Below, piece after piece: positions 24,924 to 36,028 of a stretch of 64,000 nt of DNA (position 1 is its first letter; the number at the start of each line of letters is the position of its first letter). This DNA is from a virus. The notes under the pieces were generated by a model, which was not told the DNA's origin, did not search any database, and saw only the letters and a program-made list of their open reading frames with translations. A program made the translations under genes and the position numbers. The DNA lies in IMG/VR virus record IMGVR_UViG_3300042558_005646. One strand, 5' to 3'.

Positions 24924-27900
24924 ATGAGTCTAGTATCAAAAAAAGGTCTTGAATTTATAATTAATCAAATTGGAAAAGCAAAATATGCTTATGAAGATTT
25001 GGTTGGAGACTTAAGTTCGAATCGTGGATATTATTTAGACTATGAAAGAATAGTCATCAAGTTTAGAGGATCAACAATATTTCATGATTATGACTTGGCT
25101 GGTAAAACTCCTCAAGGATTAACCACAAAACCATATCAAACTTTTGACACAGAGGAAAACATTTCTTTTGGTTTTCAAGGTGGCAAATACATAGTTGATA
25201 ATAAGATTGCTAGTTTTGGAAATACTGGTGGTTGGACTCCTCAATATTACAATCCGCCTGCCACAGAAGGATGGGGAGTGTGGGATTACAATGCATGGCA
25301 ATATTACATCCCTACTTATAACTCAGCAGGATTAGCAAATACAAACTATATTATTTACAATATCAATTCAGAACCTGGTGATGGTTCTGATAGACAAGAT
25401 TATGATTATCCTGTTCGCTGGGATGGTTCTTTATATCAAAGGGTAAACCTTTTCAACTCATCAAGATGGATTTCTTTAAAAAATACTGGTAGCTCTTCAA
25501 ATAATGAAGCACACTTAATAATACCAAAAACTTATTTTGAAGGATTACAATTTATAAATCCATACACAAATACTCCAAAAGACTTAGGTATAGCTTCACA
25601 TACTTTTCTAAAGACAGAAGGTATTGGATCAACATTTAATTTGGCTGGTAGTATGGCAGGACTAGCCTTAACTTACCTTGCTTACAATATAAGTGAAGTT
25701 TCATCTACTGGATCAACAATTGGCAGAAATAAAGATCATTACCTAGTAAAAATTAAACTTCCCACCACATGGACTGAAAATTATTGGTATCACTTAGCAT
25801 TTTACTGGGATACTCATGATACAAATTTCTTAAACTCTTACCCTGTGTATTCTTCAGGTACAGCCCTTACATTTAACTCTAGTAATTTCATTTCATCTTG
25901 GAATGTTTTTCCAAGAAAAACATATTTTCAAAAAGATATTAAAAATTATATAACTTTTGATAAAACTGGTGTCAACGATACTAACGTTTATTTATTTTCA
26001 AAAAATAAAACAAATCAAAAATATTTTGATGGAGATTATGTAGAAGTCACAGAGCCATACAGATATCTTTATCCACAAACCTTTTCAGCTTATGGTGATA
26101 CAAATTCTCTGTCAAACTATGTTAGCTTAGGTGCTAATCAGTATTTGCCAGTAATTTTAGCTTCAAAAAATATAATTTCTGGCAATCAATACGAAAATGG
26201 AGATATAGACTTTTATTTATTTTTTGGAAAAGCTATGCCTCAAGAATCAGTTCCTGTTGATTGGAAAGATTTTACAAACTATCCGAGTATTGATAGTGAT
26301 TATGATGTTGTAGCAAAAATGATTTTGTCTTATCCATCATTGAAAACAGCAGGGACAATTAAAAATAAAACTTCAACAACATATAATCTCAATAATTCAT
26401 CAATAATTTATATTGAAAGAACTGCAGATAATTTTGCTGTGCCTCCAATTGGTGATAGTGATTTGATTACAGAAACACTACAAGATGTTATCTCCCTTAC
26501 AAATCTTACTAGAGCAGAAGATTATAAAAATATTTATGATAAAGTTTCATCAGATTTAGTTGCTCCTTTTACCAATTTTAGATCTTATGGAACAAGCAGT
26601 TATGCTGATTTTAAAAATAATAGTTTTAAGAAAAGCAAACTATTACACAACTTATTAAAATATCCAATATCACCATCATTAAAATCTAATTTTCAAACTA
26701 CCATTGGATTAGGCAAAATTTCCATATCTGCAGGAAGTAATGTGATAATAGGCAACTTGACAAAGTTCAATTCAGAAATTACTGAAGGTGATTATGTCTA
26801 CAGTTCTGACAATAAAATTCTTTATGGACAAGTTTTGTCAATTATTTCTGATACATATCTTACTTTAGAAGAAAATTACAAAAGTTTAGTCAACAACCAA
26901 ACTTATGGAATTAAGAACAGTCCTCTAGAAACAGAGCCAATAAATATAGAAGCTGATGAAAATGGAGCAAATGCTATGGTTTCATGGCTTTCTATTCCTC
27001 CAACATCTATTGTTTTTAAGTATGATCAAAATGGCTTGCAAATTAAGGATTTCAATTTTGATATAGATTGTGAGTTTGAATTTTATCAAGAAATTACAAA
27101 TGTCCCAGATTTATTAGATCAGGAAACAACAGGCACCAAACTCGCCAAAGACTATTCATTTACTATATTATTTTTAAATAATAAAAGTGATAAATTTATC
27201 AAAAATATCAAACTAAATTCATCAAAATTCCTAATTACTGATGATGAATATTTAAACAGACAAAAGAAAAACTTGACTGTTTCAGGTTATTACAAGCAGG
27301 GAACAAAAGCTGAATCAGACGTAAATGCCCCTGGAACGTTCAATTCTATTGACGAATATAGATTATATGGGTCTGCTGCAATTATTCCCAATATGCAAAT
27401 GGGAGAAAGCAGAACTATTTTGACCAAACTTGTACAGCCAGAAGATAAAACAAAACAAACAAAAACTGATTTTATAAATACGTTAAAATCTACAAATCCA
27501 TCTATATCACAAACAGAAATACAAGAACAAGTAAGTGAATATGAATTAACAAAATCTTTTTATTCACCAAACTTAAACCAATTTCCAAACACTTTTTCAT
27601 CAATAAAAGAAATTGGAATGACAGTGTCAAACTATGCTTACAATAGATCAAATCATTGGATATCTAATTATGATGAAGTTGTGGGTAATGAAAAGCAACT
27701 TAAAACTTACACTGCTCAGAATTTATTTGACCTAAGATCTGATTCTTTTGTAGTTTCTATTGCTGGTTATTCAACATCAGATTCTTCTATCAATAGTTTA
27801 GAAAATATATATAAACAACAATTAACAATTTCAGATGCCTCAAATATCAATCAAACAACTATAGGTAATTACAAGAGTGTTAATTACAATAGATTTGCTT

Positions 27901-29627
27901 TTAAAATTACTCCAAATGATTATCAATATATCAAGTCTCTCAAGATAAGGCTTCAAAGTTTAGCCAAGTGGTTAAATAATGAAGCCTACTTAGAGTGCAG
28001 TATTTGGGATAATTATAATAACTTACCAAACTCTAAATTAATAACAGGATCAAAAATTTACTATTCATCAATTGAAAACATTTTAAATGATATTTATTTT
28101 TATGTAAATTACGAGTTGACAAAAGATAGAACATATTGGATAGTCTTTGAATCAAATACAAATCCTCCAAGTTATGATGTCAAAACACAAGGATTGGTAA
28201 GCGTAAGCGGAACTGCTGTAAGTGGTCTTTATAATCCAGCAAATAATACAGCAGCTAATTTTAATAAATATCAGAAATATGCATCTATTGGTTTTGGCAG
28301 CACAATAGAAAATAATATTTCTACTTGGTATGAAATTTCTTCAATTGGTTCTTCAACAGCTTTAACTCTTGCTGGCAATGCTGGAACAAGTGATAATCAA
28401 TATTATGTTGTGAAGTATGACTTACGACTTCAAATACAAGAAACATCAACTCCATCAAGTACCAATATGGCATTTTATGATGGTAATTCTTGGACAATAG
28501 CTACAGGGACACCATATGTAGTATTTTTCGATCAAGATGATGAAATTTATGCAAGTTTCAATAGAGATTATTTTGGCTCATCTTTGATAATGCCACAACC
28601 AAATAAAACAAGAGCCAACAATACGGATTACTATTTAGACGAATATTGGACAGTAAATAATCAAACACTATTTACTCCATCACAACTTTATATATATCCA
28701 AGATCTTTCAAGGCAAATTTAACATCAATTGGCGCAACAGGAACAATCGGAACAAATTTACTTTATATTCCTCAAGAAAATTATGATCCAATAGTTATGG
28801 TTGGTATAGCTGTTACTTCATCAGTTATAGCAAGTGGTACAGCAGTCACAAGTTTAGTTTATGATAGAAATACTAGTTTATATCAAGTATATTTGAGTAG
28901 TAATTTATCAGGAAGTGCAAATACATTCTATTTTGGCGACAATGTAAATAGACTTATAAATAGAGCCAATGACATTCATATGTATTTCAAATATTACGTT
29001 GATAATCATTTGACAACAAAATATATAAAACTTGAAAAAACCCCAACTTGGATTACTCAATGGTATAAAAAGTCAACCTGGAATTACCTTGAACTTGATA
29101 AAAATGATATGAGCGACTTGGCGTCAGCTCATCAAAAACTAGATATCAGTAATTTCTCAGGATTGGGTCAAACTAATTATTTCAATGGTTTTATTATTGG
29201 AGATTTTACTGCTTTATCTTCCATAGGTTCTACTTTTGATTTCAAGATAACAACAAATGGTGGGGTTAAGTTGTTTATAAATAATGAAGAAAGACCTTAC
29301 ATAAGTAATTGGAAAAATATTACTAATAACATATTTACTACATCATATGTAGCAACAGGAAGTTCGCAACCAATATTATTTGAACTTCAATTTAATAATT
29401 ATCAAAACGAACACAGCTTAAAACTTGAATGGAAAAAAACAGGAACGTCTATTTGGCAAAATATAGATACATCTTTTTATCAAGATTATTCTGCATATCC
29501 TGTTTTGATTGATAGTAATAAAATTCAGAAGATAACATACTTAGCAGTAGGAAAAACATTAGAAGAGATAGATGATCAATATAATGGTTTTCCTATAACT
29601 GACAAAATTGTGATTAGGAGCAAATAA
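24924..29627 (+). CDS. 1567-aa virion structural protein with C-terminal PA14 domain and fibre-type beta repeats
   Basis: PA14-like FDFKITTNGGVKLFIN...ISNW...ILFELQFNN...LKLEWK; fibre-type GKISISAGSNVIIG..TKF....EGDYV...VLSIISDTYLTL motif. Confidence 0.7.
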   Translation: MSLVSKKGLEFIINQIGKAKYAYEDLVGDLSSNRGYYLDYERIVIKFRGSTIFHDYDLAGKTPQGLTTKPYQTFDTEENISFGFQGGKYIVDNKIASFGNTGGWTPQYYNPPATEGWGVWDYNAWQYYIPTYNSAGLANTNYIIYNINSEPGDGSDRQDYDYPVRWDGSLYQRVNLFNSSRWISLKNTGSSSNNEAHLIIPKTYFEGLQFINPYTNTPKDLGIASHTFLKTEGIGSTFNLAGSMAGLALTYLAYNISEVSSTGSTIGRNKDHYLVKIKLPTTWTENYWYHLAFYWDTHDTNFLNSYPVYSSGTALTFNSSNFISSWNVFPRKTYFQKDIKNYITFDKTGVNDTNVYLFSKNKTNQKYFDGDYVEVTEPYRYLYPQTFSAYGDTNSLSNYVSLGANQYLPVILASKNIISGNQYENGDIDFYLFFGKAMPQESVPVDWKDFTNYPSIDSDYDVVAKMILSYPSLKTAGTIKNKTSTTYNLNNSSIIYIERTADNFAVPPIGDSDLITETLQDVISLTNLTRAEDYKNIYDKVSSDLVAPFTNFRSYGTSSYADFKNNSFKKSKLLHNLLKYPISPSLKSNFQTTIGLGKISISAGSNVIIGNLTKFNSEITEGDYVYSSDNKILYGQVLSIISDTYLTLEENYKSLVNNQTYGIKNSPLETEPINIEADENGANAMVSWLSIPPTSIVFKYDQNGLQIKDFNFDIDCEFEFYQEITNVPDLLDQETTGTKLAKDYSFTILFLNNKSDKFIKNIKLNSSKFLITDDEYLNRQKKNLTVSGYYKQGTKAESDVNAPGTFNSIDEYRLYGSAAIIPNMQMGESRTILTKLVQPEDKTKQTKTDFINTLKSTNPSISQTEIQEQVSEYELTKSFYSPNLNQFPNTFSSIKEIGMTVSNYAYNRSNHWISNYDEVVGNEKQLKTYTAQNLFDLRSDSFVVSIAGYSTSDSSINSLENIYKQQLTISDASNINQTTIGNYKSVNYNRFAFKITPNDYQYIKSLKIRLQSLAKWLNNEAYLECSIWDNYNNLPNSKLITGSKIYYSSIENILNDIYFYVNYELTKDRTYWIVFESNTNPPSYDVKTQGLVSVSGTAVSGLYNPANNTAANFNKYQKYASIGFGSTIENNISTWYEISSIGSSTALTLAGNAGTSDNQYYVVKYDLRLQIQETSTPSSTNMAFYDGNSWTIATGTPYVVFFDQDDEIYASFNRDYFGSSLIMPQPNKTRANNTDYYLDEYWTVNNQTLFTPSQLYIYPRSFKANLTSIGATGTIGTNLLYIPQENYDPIVMVGIAVTSSVIASGTAVTSLVYDRNTSLYQVYLSSNLSGSANTFYFGDNVNRLINRANDIHMYFKYYVDNHLTTKYIKLEKTPTWITQWYKKSTWNYLELDKNDMSDLASAHQKLDISNFSGLGQTNYFNGFIIGDFTALSSIGSTFDFKITTNGGVKLFINNEERPYISNWKNITNNIFTTSYVATGSSQPILFELQFNNYQNEHSLKLEWKKTGTSIWQNIDTSFYQDYSAYPVLIDSNKIQKITYLAVGKTLEEIDDQYNGFPITDKIVIRSK

Positions 29628-30481
29628 TGGGAATGAATTATGCGTCAGCAATCACAATGAATAACTTAGTTCTAGCTTTAGATCAAACTGCATCAACTGT
29701 AGACATGGCACTTTCATCTCAAGAAAACGCATTGTCTACAAACTCAATAGAAAGAAATTTGCAACTTTTATATGGATTGTCAGCTATAAAATCTCAAAAT
29801 AAAAATATGGTCTTAGATGTTTTGAGCTTTGGAAAAGGACTTGTAAAAACATCACTATCAGCATCTAATATAGAATTGCCTAGTGGTAATGAGCAGGGAT
29901 ATACAATTCAGCAAATTCTAGGCAATATTGATACAATGTCTGATAGTTATATTTTTGGAAAAATATTTTTGACATCAGACGAAAATAATGGTGAAGAATT
30001 AGTTTTTAGTATTGCACGTCCATCAAGCGATCCAAATGGTAGTCCCTTAATTATAAGCAAAGATATAGATATTGACACTGCAGAAGAAATTATTAGAACA
30101 TCTAAAGAATTATCATTTACTGCAAATAAAACTTATCAATTAGAAATTTATAAATTTATTGCTGATGTTTCTTTTTATGATGGCACTATTAAAAACTCAA
30201 GAGTATTTTTCAAACTCATTGATCAAAGATTCCCAAGAGGATACTTTGGATACACAGAAGAAAATATTTCAAAGATTGTTACATCTTCAATCATAAGAAA
30301 TTATGCTTCAATTTCAGAACAATATAATACGCAAAAAAATTTAACCAATGAAATAATTTCAAATTGGGTTGGAAGCTCTAGTTGGGAGCCAGATTTTAAG
30401 TCTTTTTGGCAAGCTTCATATCAAGTTTTACCAAGTAGACTTTTATCTTATTTATCAACTGAGCTGAGTATAACAATATAA
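29627..30481 (+). CDS. Hypothetical structural protein, 284 aa
   Basis: Translationally coupled (TAATG) on both sides within the structural operon. Confidence 0.7.
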   Translation: MGMNYASAITMNNLVLALDQTASTVDMALSSQENALSTNSIERNLQLLYGLSAIKSQNKNMVLDVLSFGKGLVKTSLSASNIELPSGNEQGYTIQQILGNIDTMSDSYIFGKIFLTSDENNGEELVFSIARPSSDPNGSPLIISKDIDIDTAEEIIRTSKELSFTANKTYQLEIYKFIADVSFYDGTIKNSRVFFKLIDQRFPRGYFGYTEENISKIVTSSIIRNYASISEQYNTQKNLTNEIISNWVGSSSWEPDFKSFWQASYQVLPSRLLSYLSTELSITI

Positions 30482-32931
30482 TGGCAATTTCATCAAAAGT
30501 AGAAGAAATAGTACTCGAACTTACAAAAACTGTTGGGAATATTTACGATGCCTTGAATTATGGCATTGGAGATGTAAATATCCCTGGATCTTCTATATTT
30601 GAAATAAATAATTTATTATCTATGGCAAATTCTGGATATCCATATTTTGGAATACTAGAAACAGCTCCATTAGGTTGTGATGTAACTTATGATATAGCTT
30701 ATGATCCATATTATGTAACAGTTAGAAGTGGACAGGTTGCATACAACGGATCAGTATTCAATCTTCAACCGCAAAAAATTCCTCTGAAAAAAGAATGGTC
30801 TACTAACTATTCTTCAGGAGGTTTTGGTTCAAGTTATAAATATGGAGTCACTCTTGGTTTACCTATTGCAGAAGTTCAAAAAGCATCCCAAACATGGACA
30901 ACTACTGTAAGTACAACTTGTTTATCAGGTACAAATATTCTATATGTAAAAGACACTTCAATTGCTATTAATTTAGGATTTCCACTTCAAGCTTTTGTTG
31001 GAAACTACTTAATTACTTTTTCAAAAGTTACTGATGATTTACTGGGACTGATTGTTGATCCATCTTATTACAACGGATCTTCTTTTGGAACTTTGCCAGC
31101 AACTTACTACTTGGATAACCCTGTAACATTTTTATTTCAACCAAGAGTCAAGTTCATTACAGGTTTTCCTGTTCTAGAATCTAATGAAAATGTATCCACT
31201 TTTGATTACTTCCCACCATTACCGCAAAGTTGGATTCCAATAGGTAAAGTTATGGTCAAAAATCCAGAAAATCCACTAGTAGTAGATTCTGGAACTGGAT
31301 TGACTAGAACAGTAGTAGATATGCCCACAGACATATCTACATATCAAATATTGGGAGAATCTTCAGATAAGAGCTTGATAATTCAAAGTTGTATTGAAGC
31401 AAACAATGCTTTACAAAGCTTTAAATATAACGACTATGTGAGAAATACTGTATCGTCTGTCTACAGATACTTGACAACAATCTCCTCCAATTCAAGCTTA
31501 TCAAATAGAGAGTTGTTGGCAACACAACCTTTCAGAAAAACAGAATTTTATTCTAAAGGAACATCTTTTAGTGGATTGGAGAGATTTGAATTACCATACA
31601 ATTTTTCAAAAGCTTACTATGAAACAATAGGATCAGATCTTCAACATACTTTTGCTGTTTTTAGAGGAGATTTGATTACTTATAATGCAGCTATTGGCAG
31701 TGATAACACTGCTGCAGCAACAGGACTAACAAATTTGGTTATTCCTTGCTCAAATTATATTTCATCTTTATCTTCAGGAACTCAAATTTACGGAGTGACT
31801 ATAGTATATAATATTTCTACTGATGAATATGTTGAAAGCATTCCAGTATATAGTAACTTAATTTCTTCAAATTACACTTCAAATAATTATTTAGTTGAAT
31901 TAAGTTGGTCAGGAGCAGGAATTACGAATCCACTGTTCTATAACGTTTATAAAAAGCCGCAATTGAGTAGTGATTTGATAGAAAGAAAGCTAACAAATAC
32001 TGATGAAATTCAATATCCAGCTTACAATACAATCCTGAGTGTAGAAGATGATACTGATCTTTTATTGAGAAATGGAAAAACAGCTTTTAAGATAACTCCA
32101 ATAGAAGATTGTTTTGTAGGTGGAGTTACTTTCAAGTTGAACTACACAGCTGGTGGACAATCTACAGGGTACGGAACAACTGGATTATCATTATCAATTT
32201 ATTCAGCTACAGGTACAACTCCCACGCCAAATGGAATGATTTCAAGTGAATCAGTATTGAGAAATTCTGACATAACTCAAGGCACTAATGAATATACAGT
32301 TAAATTCAATTCTGGTGTAAATTTAGATCAAGGAACATCTTATTGGTTAGTGATAGACAAACCATCAGATTTTACAACAGCCTTGGGGTCAACTAGTTTG
32401 TACACAAGAGTCATATTAGGTGGTTCAGGACAAGGACTTACCTCTGTAAATAATGGAACTTCTTGGACAGGCTCAGGTGGTACAGCATACTATAAGTTTA
32501 GAGGCTATTTGGATGATGGAAACATACCTGGAGAAGTTCTTAAAAGAGGAATCAAACTTACCAACAGAATTGCTTTAGAGCCAAGGCAATTATCTGTTTA
32601 TGTTCCAAATGTTGAGGATTTGACAATATCAAACGTAGTTTTCAATGGCTCTACAACTGGTATTGCAACTACTGATGATCAAACAATCAAGAATGACTTA
32701 ATTGTCACAGTTATAGCAAAAAATGGTGATAATGGCATTCCTACTACCTTGACAACTACAATTCCAAAAGGAACACTTAGAAATCAAAGGTTTACTTTAG
32801 GAAACGATTTACAAGTCTTTGACAGAGTTATTGATGCTTATGTAACTCCAGGTGAAAACTTGACTAGAATAAATAATGGTCCAATATTATGGGATATTTA
32901 TGATCTTATAACTGTTGAAACCGCACCTTAG
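30481..32931 (+). CDS. 816-aa virion structural protein (beta-sandwich domains)
   Basis: Coupled ORF. VTVRSGQVAYNG-type N-terminal motif seen in baseplate/fibre-base proteins; shares a module with the 1567-aa protein. Confidence 0.65.
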   Translation: MAISSKVEEIVLELTKTVGNIYDALNYGIGDVNIPGSSIFEINNLLSMANSGYPYFGILETAPLGCDVTYDIAYDPYYVTVRSGQVAYNGSVFNLQPQKIPLKKEWSTNYSSGGFGSSYKYGVTLGLPIAEVQKASQTWTTTVSTTCLSGTNILYVKDTSIAINLGFPLQAFVGNYLITFSKVTDDLLGLIVDPSYYNGSSFGTLPATYYLDNPVTFLFQPRVKFITGFPVLESNENVSTFDYFPPLPQSWIPIGKVMVKNPENPLVVDSGTGLTRTVVDMPTDISTYQILGESSDKSLIIQSCIEANNALQSFKYNDYVRNTVSSVYRYLTTISSNSSLSNRELLATQPFRKTEFYSKGTSFSGLERFELPYNFSKAYYETIGSDLQHTFAVFRGDLITYNAAIGSDNTAAATGLTNLVIPCSNYISSLSSGTQIYGVTIVYNISTDEYVESIPVYSNLISSNYTSNNYLVELSWSGAGITNPLFYNVYKKPQLSSDLIERKLTNTDEIQYPAYNTILSVEDDTDLLLRNGKTAFKITPIEDCFVGGVTFKLNYTAGGQSTGYGTTGLSLSIYSATGTTPTPNGMISSESVLRNSDITQGTNEYTVKFNSGVNLDQGTSYWLVIDKPSDFTTALGSTSLYTRVILGGSGQGLTSVNNGTSWTGSGGTAYYKFRGYLDDGNIPGEVLKRGIKLTNRIALEPRQLSVYVPNVEDLTISNVVFNGSTTGIATTDDQTIKNDLIVTVIAKNGDNGIPTTLTTTIPKGTLRNQRFTLGNDLQVFDRVIDAYVTPGENLTRINNGPILWDIYDLITVETAP

Positions 32932-32939
32932 GTTTTGAG

Positions 32940-34412
32940 ATGAGAAAAAGTACTCCTTCAAGTTCACTCAAACCACAAGTAAAAGCTTTTGGCGTAGATC
33001 AAACTGTTATAGTTCCTAGCATTGGAAGTTCTGAAAGTTTTCCATCGCAATACTTATATAGAGAAGCATACAACAATTTTAGATCTCAACTTTATGCTCC
33101 AGCTTTTGAAACTGGATACTATGACATTTTTGCTTTGTCTAGAGAGTATGCAGAAGATCCAGATTTCAATTTGTCATTCAATAATATAAATTCAAATTAT
33201 TTGTTTTCGATAGATAATTTCAATATTATGGGAGCTCAAGAATCTGAAGCTGGTCAAAGATATGCAGGCGAAGGAGCAAATCCAAATACCTTTCAACTTG
33301 GACCAAAAGAGTACAATGTTAGTTTTACATATCCATTTAAAGTTGATAGTTGGGGATACTTAGACTTTTCATTAGCTGCTTTTTTTGATTATTGTATACA
33401 AGCATTTCAAGGTTCTCCAACATCATTTATTGGCAGATTTACAAGTGATAATTCTTCTGTTATAGGAGCAGGAACGACATCATTATATATTGATAACATT
33501 GCAGAATTTATGGGACTAAATCTACCATTTCAAGCAAAGATAAAATCAGATAATAATTCATATTACGATCTAGTTGAAATAACTTCAATAAATAAAGCAA
33601 ACAGTCTTTTGACAATTGGTGCTGGTATTAATACATCTTTTAACAGAGACACATCATTTATTTCTGCATATCCACAATCTACGGGAAGAGATGCATCTTT
33701 TTCGTTATTTACATTGAAACAAGGATTACTGAGTGGTTGTTTGGTTGAAAAATTTGCTATCAATTTTGTTCCTGGAGAACAAATTGTAGCATACATAGAT
33801 TTGAAAGTTTTGAATGTTGACAGAACTTACCAAGTACAAATGTTTAATAATTTTACTTCTATAGTTGAAAATTATTTTAAGAAAAAACCAAGTTATATAT
33901 TGAATGGATATAATGTCAGAGTCTATAAGAGTGCTCCAGAATATGGCTTGTTTGGATTAGGCGGAGTATTAAATTCTAAATTGTTTAGAGGATTTCAACA
34001 AACTCAACTTGACAGCATTTATGTTACTGAAATGTCAATATCTATAGAAAATAATTTAAAACCTGTTTTTACTCTTAATTCAAAAGGCAGCGACAGTAAA
34101 CAAAACTTTTTCAAAAATTCTTTGCCATTTGGATATTACTCAGAGGGAAGAAAAATATCTGGATCAATTACATACACTGGTCCTATGAAACCTTGGGCTA
34201 TGGTCGAATTTTTATCAGGTCCAAGTAGCATAAATAATGATGGTATAACTTTTGATATGGGACCAATTAAATTAGAGTTGCCAGAAGTTGTTTGGTCCAC
34301 AGAATCACAACAACACTCTAGAGTAGAGTATCAAAAAAATAAAGTTAATTTTACTGTGGCAACTCAAAATTACACATTTGATCCTATCTTAAAATCAACA
34401 GGAAGTTATTAA
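32940..34412 (+). CDS. Tail tube-like protein, 490 aa
   Basis: Tube-family pattern: GCLVEKFAINFVPG...VTEMSISIENNLKPVFTLN...EGRKISGSITY. Confidence 0.6.
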   Translation: MRKSTPSSSLKPQVKAFGVDQTVIVPSIGSSESFPSQYLYREAYNNFRSQLYAPAFETGYYDIFALSREYAEDPDFNLSFNNINSNYLFSIDNFNIMGAQESEAGQRYAGEGANPNTFQLGPKEYNVSFTYPFKVDSWGYLDFSLAAFFDYCIQAFQGSPTSFIGRFTSDNSSVIGAGTTSLYIDNIAEFMGLNLPFQAKIKSDNNSYYDLVEITSINKANSLLTIGAGINTSFNRDTSFISAYPQSTGRDASFSLFTLKQGLLSGCLVEKFAINFVPGEQIVAYIDLKVLNVDRTYQVQMFNNFTSIVENYFKKKPSYILNGYNVRVYKSAPEYGLFGLGGVLNSKLFRGFQQTQLDSIYVTEMSISIENNLKPVFTLNSKGSDSKQNFFKNSLPFGYYSEGRKISGSITYTGPMKPWAMVEFLSGPSSINNDGITFDMGPIKLELPEVVWSTESQQHSRVEYQKNKVNFTVATQNYTFDPILKSTGSY

Positions 34413-34798
34413 TGAGTATTTTTGTAGATGCTGGTAAAAGATTTAATCTTGTATTAAATTGCAATGTCATCAGAGATGACAATAATGAGGTTGTATGTTA
34501 CAAAATAGATCCTAATGGAAAATGTGAAATTTCTTGTGATGTAAAAGGAAGAAATTTTGCAGATATGTCAAATATTATAGAAGAAGCTACGATTATAAAT
34601 TCAGTCACAGGTAATCCTCTTCTAAGAACTTCTGTCTTGTGCAAAAGTATTATAAGTAATTTTTTCTCAGTCATCAGAATCAAAGATGGTGATAATGAAG
34701 AAACCTTTTATCCAGACCCACATAATGTTAGTATGATGAGATACGAATTAGTGAAATCATTATCAAAAAAATGGTTGGAGTTGACAGGCGGAAAATAA
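34412..34798 (+). CDS. Hypothetical protein, possible tail assembly chaperone, 128 aa
   Basis: Small ORF coupled directly after the tube-like gene; function inferred from position only. Confidence 0.5.
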   Translation: MSIFVDAGKRFNLVLNCNVIRDDNNEVVCYKIDPNGKCEISCDVKGRNFADMSNIIEEATIINSVTGNPLLRTSVLCKSIISNFFSVIRIKDGDNEETFYPDPHNVSMMRYELVKSLSKKWLELTGGK

Positions 34799-36028
34799 AT
34801 GCCAGATATTGTAAACAATGTCATCAATGGAATTTATCCAGCTTCAGGGCATAACATTTATGTTGTTGAACTGGCACCTTTCAGATTGGCACAGCCTTAT
34901 TTTCAACAGTTTAAATACTTTGGTGGATATAGAGTTGCAAAAAATATTACAGGTTCTAGATCTTATGTTTGGGATCTTTATCTATTGAGCCTATATGCTA
35001 AAAATGATAGTTTTGGCATATACGTAACTAAGAAATTTTCATCAGATTACAAACCTTTGTATTGTTCAAATTTTACTGATAATGCTGGACAAAATATTTA
35101 CCAACCAGTAAGAAATTTTTCTGGATTATCTGTTTTAAATCATCCTACTTTTGGAAATTATCAATATTCTGGCAATTTTTCTTTTAACCCAATTTTATCA
35201 ACAAATGTCAACCAGCAGTATCCAGCAGAAATAATACTTTACAGAGCTTCTTTTATACCTTTATATCCATTATTATTTTGTTCTTCTATACCTACTCACA
35301 GATCTTTTGGCCCAGCATTTGTAAATTCATTCACAATTAGTGTTGATGGTATGGAAAATTTGGGAGATGTAGAAATTAGTTGTTCAGTTTCAGGAGGCAG
35401 ATCTCTAATATCACCAACTGGAGTTTCGACTACACGACCTCAATTATTACAAAACTATATAAAAATGAAAACATTGAATACATCAGATAATCAAAATATT
35501 ACTGTAGAATCAAATAATTTTCTAAATAAATATAGGGCTATAAATTTATCAGATTGTGCCTTTTATCAAGGTTTATATTTAAAGTTCGATGATTTTGCCA
35601 AAGCTGTGCAAAATTCGTATAGTTCACAGAAAATGCCAATTTATAAAATTGTAAGCATGTCTCTATCAATAGATCAAAATATAGATTTCTCTTTTACTTA
35701 TCCTGGATATTCTTTTGATAACAGTCTTACAGAATTTACAGATGTTGTTGGACCAAGATTTGCATCTCTTGGCAGTAGAACAGTCAAGGGATCAATAAAA
35801 TTATTTAGCCCACAAAATTATAGTTTTATCACGACTAATGCTTCATCTTTAACTCTTTATTTTGGAAGTGTTTTTTACTACACAATGAAAAATGTTGACT
35901 GGCAACAACCTGTTATAACGATAAGTCCTGGTGGTGGATATTTTATTGAGTATAACTTTAGTGTTAGGCTTACAGAAATTACTTCGTTCAATGGTTTAGG
36001 GAACACTAGAGTTTCAGAGTTTTTATAA
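34799..36028 (+). CDS. Second tail tube-like protein (tube or tube initiator), 409 aa
   Basis: FVNSFTISVDG...VEISCSVSGG...IVSMSLSIDQNI...SLGSRTVKGSIKLF parallels the 490-aa protein. Confidence 0.5.
   Translation: MPDIVNNVINGIYPASGHNIYVVELAPFRLAQPYFQQFKYFGGYRVAKNITGSRSYVWDLYLLSLYAKNDSFGIYVTKKFSSDYKPLYCSNFTDNAGQNIYQPVRNFSGLSVLNHPTFGNYQYSGNFSFNPILSTNVNQQYPAEIILYRASFIPLYPLLFCSSIPTHRSFGPAFVNSFTISVDGMENLGDVEISCSVSGGRSLISPTGVSTTRPQLLQNYIKMKTLNTSDNQNITVESNNFLNKYRAINLSDCAFYQGLYLKFDDFAKAVQNSYSSQKMPIYKIVSMSLSIDQNIDFSFTYPGYSFDNSLTEFTDVVGPRFASLGSRTVKGSIKLFSPQNYSFITTNASSLTLYFGSVFYYTMKNVDWQQPVITISPGGGYFIEYNFSVRLTEITSFNGLGNTRVSEFL

Noticed and set aside
34790-34801. Programmed frameshift in the putative tail chaperone gene (lambda G/GT type)
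   Set aside because: No proper X-XXY-YYZ heptamer at the gene end, and the next gene is in the same frame (TAAATG).
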